DNA of 10,037 nt from Octopus sinensis (lineage: Eukaryota): positions 1-10,037 of the forward strand of contig NW_021827662.1 in assembly GCF_006345805.1 (NCBI RefSeq), in the 5' to 3' direction. The notes below the pieces were generated by a model, which saw only the letters and a program-made list of their open reading frames with translations, searched no databases and was not told the DNA's origin. Shown in pieces: positions 1 to 7,174 of the stretch (the stretch's first letter is position 1; each line of letters opens with the position of its first letter). The translations under genes were made by a program, and so were the position numbers.

Positions 1-160
1 GTCCCTGAATAAGGGTTATTTAAGATGAGGAAGATTCCAAAGGTGAATTATCCAAACCCCAAAGGTCATGTGCTGTTTATCTTGACATGGGATCACCATG
101 TCGAGCACACATGGTTGTGTGCCGGTCCTGGGGTGTACTCTTATCAGACGTATACTGGGC

Positions 161-162
<2 letters not shown>
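1..162. mobile_element. Rearranged partial copy of the unclassified interspersed element X (1575-2115): inverted segment joined to a direct segment
   Basis: Reverse complement of 35-64 (ctttggggtttggataattcacctttggaa) matches 1814-1843 at 28/30. Reverse complement of 1-27 matches ~1863-1890 (…aacccttattcagggac). 62-162 (aaggtcatgtgctgtttatcttgacatgggatcaccatgtcg…gtatactgggctt) matches 1948-2063 in direct orientation with small deletions. Confidence 0.9.
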
Positions 163-214
<52 letters not shown>

Positions 215-271
215 TATTATTATTATTATAAGAAGAAGAAGAAAGAAAAGGAGGGGAAAGAGAATAATAAT

Positions 272-362
<91 letters not shown>

Positions 363-437
363 GAAGAAGAAGAAGAAGAAGAAGAAGAAGAAGAAGAAGA
401 AGAAGAAGAAGAAGAAGAAGAAGAAGAAGAAGAAGAA
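161..437. repeat. Compound trinucleotide microsatellite: (TTA)n 161-229, purine spacer 230-262, (TAA)n 263-324, (AAG)~36 328-437
   Basis: Read directly. It explains the poly-I/L/Y/R ORFs at 25-580. Confidence 0.98.
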
Positions 438-749
438 ACTACTTATTATTACTCTTTTACATGCAAAAGATGATATTCTTGATAAGTTTCATAGATCGCT
501 GTCTCCTCATCAGAGGTTACCTATGTTCACATATTTCTGCCCATATAAATAGTGCGTTCTTCGGAGGACAGATTAAATAAGTTATCGAATTTTTGTATCA
601 ACCACGCAAAAAGTGCAACTATAGATGAATATATTTAATGTTGTTATAAATTATATTTCCAAGCTTTCCCTGTAATATTTTAACAGATCTAAACACACAT
701 TGTTATTTTCTTCGCACGTTGAAAAAAAAAAAAAGGTGTTTCTCCTTAG

Positions 750-836
750 AGACCTTTTCTACACGGAATGATCAAATACAGGCAGATTTACATTCAAATG
801 GATTAGAGAGAATTGCAAAGAACATTGAGGCAAAAG
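750..836 (+). other. Candidate 87-nt internal coding exon (phase 1-1), product unknown: TFSTRNDQIQADLHSNGLERIAKNIEAK
   Basis: Acceptor-like gtgtttctccttAG ends at 749 and donor-like AAG|GTAAAC has GT at 837. Only one of the three frames (codons from 752) is open, and it fits a symmetric exon. No homologue recognised and the pyrimidine tract is short. Confidence 0.25.
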
Positions 837-1061
837 GTAAACATTATTTGAACGTGCTTCACCACCTCCTTTCATTGTCAATACGATCACAACGCTGAAA
901 AAAAGAATAGATAAATAAATACACTTTGCCTTTTTCTCTTGCTTTTTTTTTATCTGTCTTCTCGTTTAATACACTGCCATGTGATATCAAAATATCGAAA
1001 TTGTGTAAGAAACATCGAAAAACCACAGCTGTATAATATCAGTGAATTGATGTAATCCTGG

Positions 1062-1063
<2 letters not shown>

Positions 1064-1101
<38 letters not shown>
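1064..1101. repeat. (TA)n microsatellite
   Basis: Uninterrupted TA run read directly. Confidence 0.97.
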
Positions 1102-1106
<5 letters not shown>

Positions 1107-1274
1107 TCTAACATCTCTTTAATGCTACACAAAAGCCAAATATCAGCGTGTGTCTAACGAAACATTTCTATCGATTATTGATGACATGCAAAAAGAAATA
1201 GATATATACACAATACGTACGTACGTGTATATTTTTCTTCTCACAACTGTATCTATATGTACGTAATAAAAACA

Positions 1275-1313
1275 ATGATGATAATAACAACAACAACGAG
1301 AATGATAATAATG

Positions 1314-1369
<56 letters not shown>
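1275..1369. repeat. (AAT)n tract with GAT/AAC variants, left flank of the element stack
   Basis: Read directly. Pure AAT from ~1312 to 1369. Confidence 0.95.
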
Positions 1370-1370
<1 letters not shown>

Positions 1371-1589
1371 TAGTACCAGGCAATGCCCTGATGTAGTACC
1401 AGGCAATGCCCTGATGTAGTACCAGGCAATGCCCTGATGTAGTACCAGGCAATGCCCTGATGTAGTACCAGGCGATGCCCTGATGTAGTACCAGGCAATG
1501 CCCTGATGTAGTACCAGGCAATGCCCTGATGTAGTACCAGGCAATGCCCTGATGTAGTACCAGACAATGCCCTGATGTAGTACCAGGCA
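1368..1589 (+). repeat. 23-bp minisatellite (ATGTAGTACCAGGCAATGCCCTG) x9 plus a 15-bp partial unit
   Basis: Units start at 1368, 1391, 1414, 1437, 1460, 1483, 1506, 1529 and 1552, with a partial unit at 1575. Only two substitutions (A>G at 1474, G>A at 1564). No spacers. It produces the repeated MPGTTSGHCLVLHQGIAWYYIRA ORFs. Confidence 0.98.
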
Positions 1590-2114
1590 GTGACTCTCTG
1601 ATCTTAACTGATTGGAAGTGTTATCATGTACATTGTTTTGTCTTGGTATAAAAGATGGGCTACAGCAAATATTCTGCTCAATACCACAGATTTGCGTGTC
1701 AGTTGCTTGACTGTAACCAGTTGAGCATGTCCCTTAGTGGCTGACGATATGTGCATCTCTGATCACTAGCAGAAGTAGTGGGGGAGCATCATAGCCATGT
1801 GTTGAGAGGAATTCTTTGGGGTTTGAATAATTCACCTCTGGAAACATAGGTGTTTTGTTCAACATCCGTAAACAACCCTTATTCGGGGACCTTTTGAGCG
1901 GGATGGGTTACTCAAACTGAAGAAAATTCTAACTGGGCCCCACCTGCAAGGTCATGTGCTGTTTATCTTGATATGAGATCACCATGTCGCGCACATATGG
2001 TTGTGATGCATGTGCCTGGTGTACCCTTATCAGACAGGTAGTCATGATGGGTATACTGGGCTTCGTATATCTTACCCCAGTGTCACTTTGATGGCATGCA
2101 CTGCTCTCTCACTC

Positions 2115-2115
<1 letters not shown>
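1575..2115. mobile_element. Unclassified ~540-bp non-coding interspersed element X bounded by (AAT)n on both sides; orientation unresolved
   Basis: Mixed-composition block sharply delimited by AAT tracts. A second, rearranged copy at 1-162 shows it is repetitive. No long ORF, no clear Pol III A/B boxes and no terminal inverted repeats seen. Confidence 0.75.
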
Positions 2116-2142
<27 letters not shown>

Positions 2143-2146
<4 letters not shown>

Positions 2147-2292
2147 CTGTTGTCATAGGTGTCCTGGGAATGATAGTAAAAGGGGGTGATTGCTATCTAG
2201 CTCAGATACCAGGAAACCCCAAAATGGCAGAAATTCGAAAGATAGTACTCATGGGAACTGCCCATATCCTACGTAAAATACTGTCTATGTAA
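2143..2292 (+). pseudogene. C-terminal 49 codons of an R4/Dong-like retrotransposon ORF
   Basis: Stop-free frame from 2143 to TAA at 2290-2292, with no start codon because of 5' truncation. Not listed in the ORF track. Confidence 0.75.
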
Positions 2293-2482
2293 TCTCAAGT
2301 TTTAAAACAAACAATTTTTCTATGGTTTCTTAAACATTCTCTAGAACAACGCTATGTACATAACCAAATATATGGCACCCGAAGAATAACACCAACATGA
2401 ACTTCTAATTTGTTGGCTCTTGAGGCCTCTGGGTGAGACTTGGGGCAAAATTGTACAAATGTAAAGCAAAAGTCAAACATAA
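2143..2482 (+). mobile_element. 5'-truncated R4/Dong-like (restriction-like endonuclease) non-LTR retrotransposon: end of ORF plus 3' UTR, running into an (AAT)n tail
   Basis: 2143-2292 reads IPVVIGVLGMIVKGGDCYLAQIPGNPKMAEIRKIVLMGTAHILRKILSM*. This matches the P(V/I)(V/I)IGxLG … K(I/A)(V/A)LxGT(A)xILR C-terminal pattern that follows the endonuclease in R4/Dong-clade ORFs. A 190-bp UTR follows, then AAT repeats from 2483. Dong elements are known to target TAA repeats. Confidence 0.8.
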
Positions 2483-2515
<33 letters not shown>

Positions 2516-2595
2516 TAACAATAACAATAATAATAACAATAACAATAACAATAATAATAATAATAATAATAATAACAATAACAATAATAATAATA

Positions 2596-2642
<47 letters not shown>

Positions 2643-2674
2643 TAACAATAACAATAATAATAATAATAATAATA

Positions 2675-2706
<32 letters not shown>

Positions 2707-2735
2707 TAACAATAACAATAATAATAATAATAATA

Positions 2736-2776
<41 letters not shown>
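2483..2776. repeat. Compound (AAT)/(AAC)/(GAT) microsatellite with three higher-order units
   Basis: Units AATAACAATAAC(AAT)n(GAT)m start at 2571, 2641 and 2705. Confidence 0.97.
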
Positions 2777-2777
<1 letters not shown>

Positions 2778-2859
2778 GAAGAGTTGTAGGGCAAGGGATG
2801 TCTTTTAACTCGACAGTCGATTTTCTTTTTTCTTCATCTCTTCCACATCTGCAAATTCA

Positions 2860-3109
2860 GTAGCACCAGAGTTCATCAACAGTGATGGCCCTTGAAAAAA
2901 AACCGGACCAACTCTTTACTCTGTTTTGCTCTTTTACTTGTTTCAGTCATTTGACTGTGGCCATACTGGAGTACCACCTTTAATCTTATTCTTTGTAAGC
3001 CTAGTACTTATTCTATTCGTCTCTTTTGCCGAACCGCTAAGGTATGAGGACGTAAACACACCACCATCGGTTGTCAAGCGATGTTGGGGGGATAAACACA
3101 AACACATAA

Positions 3110-3140
<31 letters not shown>

Positions 3141-3724
3141 CGACGGGATTCTTTCAGTTTCCGCTACCAAATCCACTCACAAGTCTTTGGTCGGCCGAGG
3201 CTATAATAGAAGACACTTGCCCAAGGTGCCACCAGGTGGGAAGGAACCCGGAAACATGTGGTTGGTAAGCAAGCTACTTACCACACAGCCACTCCTGCGC
3301 CTACCAACTTTTTTCAATTCACGACAAGCATTCAGCTTTTGATCTTCCGTGTGCAAGCGAGGCACAAATTTTGCTGCAACTCTTTTCATTTGCAATTTCT
3401 CGCTTAAAATTCTTTAGCATCAGTTCCAAGACACACCAGTCAGATCACGAAGTTCGTCAATTGTTCGACGACGGTCCTCAAAGATCTGTTTATGAATTTT
3501 CATTATGTTTTCATTCATTCGGGAGGTCGATGGACACCCTGAACGATGTTGGTCTTCAAGCGACAAGTGACCGTTCCTAAAGCTTGAAAACCACTCGTAA
3601 GCTTGTGTTTTGCTCATGGCAGTGGCTCTGTAAGCTGTTTGAAGCATGACAACTGTTGCAGCCGCCGTTTCCCCCGCAGAAAACAGAATTTCACGGAAGC
3701 ACGCGGTTCCTTCATATCAGCCAT
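2860..3724 (-). pseudogene. Mariner transposase pseudogene (N-terminal HTH region to first catalytic Asp)
   Basis: From ATG at 3724: MADMKEPRASVKFCFLRGK, frameshift, AAATVVMLQTAYRATAMSKTQAYEWFSSFRNGHLSLEDQHRSGCPSTSR…EDRRRTIDELRDLTGVSWN*C*RILSEKLQMKRVAAKFVPRLHTEDQK…ACRELK. After the SINE it resumes as GPVFF, frameshift, SRAITVDELWCY (the TGDE(T/S)W motif, 2860-2894). KFVPRL corresponds to the mariner WVPHEL linker. Confidence 0.9.
2911..3302 (-). mobile_element. Full-length tRNA-derived SINE (family A) with CORE-like segment and central (CA)/(TA) microsatellite; 7-bp TSD ACCAACT
   Basis: Minus-strand head AGGCGCAGGAGTGGCTGTGTGG has an A box (TGGCTGTGTGG) and a decayed B box (GGTTCCTTCCC, 3238-3248). 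CCTTGGGCAAGT at 3215-3226 resembles the MIR/CORE segment. Microsatellite at ~3095-3140. 3' half ends in a GAGTAAAA-type tail. ACCAACT lies at 2907-2913 and 3303-3309. Head homologous to 4198-4357. Confidence 0.9.
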
Positions 3725-3938
3725 CGCAAAAATCAACGAACAGAGAACCACCGCAAAACAAAGACGCACCACACGGCAGAAAACGACACTGCTCGGCAGA
3801 CTGATGCCTGAGGGTCACATCAAGTGCCTTCTAGCGGTGGAAGCCTGAACTACAACGGACTGTTCCCACAAAGAACGTTTCCATTTAATTTTAAGTACCA
3901 CCTCGTACATCATACGAAAGATTTGCATAATTACATTT

Positions 3939-4097
3939 AGGCAAAATCACTGGTTGTACGTTTAAGTATCTCGCTCAGCAAGTATTTGGTTGTGTGTTCA
4001 GTCCCACAGCACGGTTTATTAGACAAATGTTTTCTACTATTGGCCTGGGTCGACCAACGCCTTCTGACTGAATTTCATGTAGAAAGTGTGTTGAACC
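3939..4097 (+). mobile_element. Older, diverged 5' half of SINE family A
   Basis: gttcagtcccac (B box, 3996-4007) is identical to the reverse complement of the 4198-4357 copy. Alignment continues through caaatgttttctactat…cgaccaa at roughly two-thirds identity by eye. Confidence 0.7.
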
Positions 4098-4161
4098 TTT
4101 TGGTAAATATACATACATACATGTATAAGTGCGGGTGCGTATATAGGTCTCTTCGTCTTCC

Positions 4162-4163
<2 letters not shown>

Positions 4164-4197
<34 letters not shown>
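4164..4197. repeat. (TA)n microsatellite abutting a SINE half
   Basis: Read directly. Confidence 0.97.
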
Positions 4198-4199
<2 letters not shown>

Positions 4200-4357
4200 C
4201 GGGCTTCTTTCAGTTTCCGTCTACCAATTCCACTCATAGGTTTGGTCGGCACGAGGTTATAGTGGAAGACACTTGCCCAAGGTTCCACACAGTGGGACTG
4301 AACCCGGAACAAGTGGTTGGTGAGCAAGCTACTTACCACACAGCCACTCCGGCTCCT
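4198..4357 (-). mobile_element. 5' half of SINE family A with intact Pol III boxes
   Basis: A box TGGCTGTGTGG (4336-4346), B box GGTTCAGTCCC (4294-4304), CCTTGGGCAAGT (4271-4282). Colinear and highly similar to 3142-3302. Confidence 0.92.
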
Positions 4358-4373
4358 ATGTATATGTATATAA

Positions 4374-4406
<33 letters not shown>

Positions 4407-4416
4407 AATATTATAT

Positions 4417-4451
<35 letters not shown>

Positions 4452-4462
4452 CTATATATATA

Positions 4463-4496
<34 letters not shown>

Positions 4497-4770
4497 TAAT
4501 TACATCTTAATAAAATGATATATGTGCTGTTACATAGAGGCTTTTGTCTTTTTGTTTGTACCTCGGAACCTCAAAAAATACAGGGTATATATATGTATGA
4601 GTGTATATTGCGTACATACACACTTACACACACATACACACACACATGCACACATATATATATATATATATATAATATGCACCTATTATGTATACATGTA
4701 TACACATACAAATATATATAACCATACATGCATATACATATGTAATTATATTTATTGCTCAATATCATTT
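4358..4770. repeat. TA-rich and CA/TA compound microsatellite region
   Basis: Interrupted (TA)n at 4358-4497 and mixed CA/TA at ~4585-4770. Confidence 0.9.
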
Positions 4771-5039
4771 CCCCGTTTTACTCTCTCTTTTTAACTTTTT
4801 GGGTAAATTTTTTGTCTTTGTTCTAACACACCATATTTATTTCGAGTTAGCCATTACATACATCCACCACAATGAACATGATAACACTAACTTACATATT
4901 AATTCTCTAATATTCGTCTGTGCACCACAAAACGGACAAACTGCACATTAATTTTCAAAGGCTATCAGTTCTAACTTACTGGCTTTCATCTTATCTTTAT
5001 TCTGATTGTGAGGTAGAAACTTCTTTCATGTGCAATCGT

Positions 5040-5137
5040 CATGTTGTAATTGTTGGTTTCATTGTTGTTGTTATTGTTATTATTGTTTTGCTGCAGGTCA
5101 GCCTTGATCGTGGAAACCAATAATCAAAGAAATTCCA
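5040..5137 (-). mobile_element. Possible decayed 3' end of an (AAC)n-tailed retroelement
   Basis: Reverse complement reads …ggtttccacgatcaaggctgacctgcagcaaaac followed by AAC/AAT repeats. It matches 6739-6772 at 21/34, and that copy is also followed by AAC repeats. Weak. Confidence 0.3.
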
Positions 5138-5399
5138 GTTTTTTTTTTTACATCCCACATCTTTTATTTTTTTCACATTTTTACAGATAAAAGTGAGTCT
5201 AGGACTATATTATCGCAAATGTAGTTCCTGTTGTGTTATTATTATTATATATTTTTTTTTTAAAAGGCGATCATGCAGTAGTTGTGTGTGATATGAAGGA
5301 AATTTGCCTAATATTCAAAGCAGGTCGGGCGAGCTTGTAACCAATTCTACAGTTCTTCCTTACTTTGTCAGCACTCACGGAGAGGCGGGGTATGATGTG

Positions 5400-5581
5400 A
5401 TGTGCATGCGCACATACAGTCACATATATTATGCACACACACGTACATACAAATACATGCACATACACATACATGCATATATATACACACATATATATAT
5501 ATGTGTGTGTGTGTGTATGCATATAAATATGTGTGTATATATATATATATACATTTTATATGTGAATGTATATATATATAT

Positions 5582-5617
<36 letters not shown>

Positions 5618-5895
5618 TCTATATATGTATGTGTATATATATATTCCTATACACAAACATGTTTTTGCGTGTATATATGTATATTTATACATATACATAC
5701 ATTCATACATACGTACATATATATATGTATGGATGGATATATATGTATGTATGTATATATGTATGTATGTATGCATATATGTGTGTGTATGTATATGTCT
5801 AAGTGTGTGTAAGTACTGTTTATATATATATGTGTGTGTGTGTGTGTTTATGTATATATATATATATATGAGTGTGTGTATGTGTGTTTGTATAC
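5400..5895. repeat. Long compound (CA)/(TA)/(GT) microsatellite
   Basis: Read directly. It explains the ORFs at 5271-5936. Confidence 0.95.
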
Positions 5896-5924
5896 GTCTA
5901 CACTTGCATTTTGTCGGTGTAACC

Positions 5925-6111
5925 TGGTGCGTTTAGTAATGTGCCTTTATCTCCAAACGATAAAATATTCATCAATCGATAAATAGCGATCGATAAAATA
6001 AGTATCAGTCTCACATTAATACTGTGTACTGGGAGTCGTTACGGTTAAACAAAGACCTTGATGGTGATGCTCCCTCATGGCCACAGCGCAATGACGGAAA
6101 CCAGTAAAAGA
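5925..6111 (+). mobile_element. Diverged 3' half of SINE family A
   Basis: gatcgataaaataagta (5984-) and atggccacag…aatgacggaaaccagtaaaaga (6077-6111) align with the reverse complement of 2932-3025 (gacgaatagaataagta…atggccacagtcaaatgactgaaacaagtaaaaga). It follows a microsatellite, as in the full-length copy. Confidence 0.75.
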
Positions 6112-6639
6112 CTTAAAGATCTGCAAAGCAAAACAAAACGCAAAGAAGTGCAATGCATTAATCAGTGTAAGTGGTTTTATTAGCATTTCGGTATCAGCCA
6201 AGAATTGGTGCAATGAAGTAGATGTGTGTATGCAACTAGGGAAAGTAAACTTAGCCCAAAGAACTCGCGAGATTTATTCAAGAGATTACAGGTGCGTGAC
6301 CAGAAATTAACTTTGGTATTCAGCACTGGATAGGAATAGGATGTACTAAACTTTGGGTTTCTTAAGTAAGCATTAAGAATTAGCCGAGTGGTTTTTAGCG
6401 TTTTGCTAAGGTACGCAATGCAGGTCTTGTAGTAACAAGATTAAATAGCGCTTCGTAAGACGGAGTTTTAGCCGCGTATTATGAGCCACAGAAAACATTA
6501 TAATTGATTAAAACAACAATAATAATAATGGTAATAAAAATTAAGAAAAAAAGAAACCAGGAAAAGTGGTGGGCGTCCATGTTGTCGCTTGTCCTGATAG
6601 AATTCAGAAAGAGAAACTAAATATACGTCAAATACTACA

Positions 6640-6788
6640 ATACTCTCTTAAAAATGGAAGGACATGTTGTGAAACGTAGATCCTAATACGCAAAATAAAT
6701 GGAGAGATTATAGATGGATTCTTTTGGATGGAAGGTGGTAGGTCTGCTCAGTCAGAGGTGACCCGGGGTTAAACGGTAACAACAACAC
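6640..6788 (+). mobile_element. Possible 3' UTR fragment of an (AAC)n-tailed LINE-type element
   Basis: Ends …ggtctgctcagtcagaggtgacccggggttaaac followed by AAC repeats. Weak similarity to 5040-5137 in opposite orientation. Family assignment is from recollection only. Confidence 0.35.
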
Positions 6789-6859
6789 CGAAGAAGGTAA
6801 TCCTAATGCGTTCTGTCTTAGACACAAATTTAAGACAGAGTCTAATATTCCATACCAGG

Positions 6860-6945
6860 TGTTTATTTATATTACTTTTATCGGCCGTAGAATGATGATG
6901 AGCAACTTCTACCTCGAAAGAAATTAAACTCAGACGCAAAGCAAA
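6860..6945 (-). mobile_element. Possible highly decayed tRNA-SINE fragment
   Basis: Minus strand gagtttaatttc resembles a decayed B box and is followed by …ggccgataaaagta, similar to the cgataaaataagta segment at 5987. Low support. Confidence 0.25.
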
Positions 6946-7174
6946 TTCAAGAACAACAAAAACGATTTCTTATAAGAGGGGTACAAAGTGCATTCCAGAA
7001 GTTTTCAGACATTTTCGTTAATTGTGAATCAAGAATAGCGTTGGTTTCGTGTTAAGGAGAGTGGGAACATATCCACGTATTTTAACAATCTTCAAGCCGA
7101 TAACACGGAGAAAGATGTCCAAAAATAGAGGTGAACACCTTTCACCATGTAATTTGAAAGAAGTGCAAAACTAT

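Larger units (their letters stand above)
2860..3907 (-). mobile_element. Mariner (Tc1/mariner) DNA transposon remnant 1, 3'-truncated and interrupted by a SINE
   Basis: Transposase remnant described in the next feature. The putative left end reads TA|CGAGGTGGTACTTAAAATTAAATGGAAAC on the minus strand (TA at 3906-3907), a mariner-style TA|CGAGG terminus. No partner TIR was found in the window. Confidence 0.88.

Noticed and set aside
25-580. Poly-I/L/Y/R ORFs
   Set aside because: Translations of trinucleotide microsatellites.
1143-1567. Repeat proteins MPGTTSGHCLVLHQGIAWYYIRA… in three minus frames
   Set aside because: These are artefacts of a 23-bp unit cycling through frames and running into poly-Y/L/I from (TAT)n.
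1368-1589. CRISPR array (23-bp repeats with internal dyad symmetry)
   Set aside because: Repeats are directly adjacent with no unique spacers, there are no cas genes, and the context is eukaryotic.
1575-1910. HDV-like or hammerhead ribozyme at the end of element X
   Set aside because: CTGATG is followed by T rather than A with no GAAA. An HDV-like threading (CATCC/GGATG as P2) lacks G1, the P1.1 CC/GG pair and P4.
2352-2794. Poly-N/D/H/S/I ORFs
   Set aside because: Translations of AAT/GAT repeats.
3986-5936. YI/CV/HT-rich ORFs up to 210 aa
   Set aside because: Dinucleotide repeats lacking stops in some frames, plus SINE sequence. No protein-like composition.
6380-6390. A-box-like TAGCCGAGTGG
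   Set aside because: No B box at a suitable distance and no recognisable SINE body or tRNA fold.
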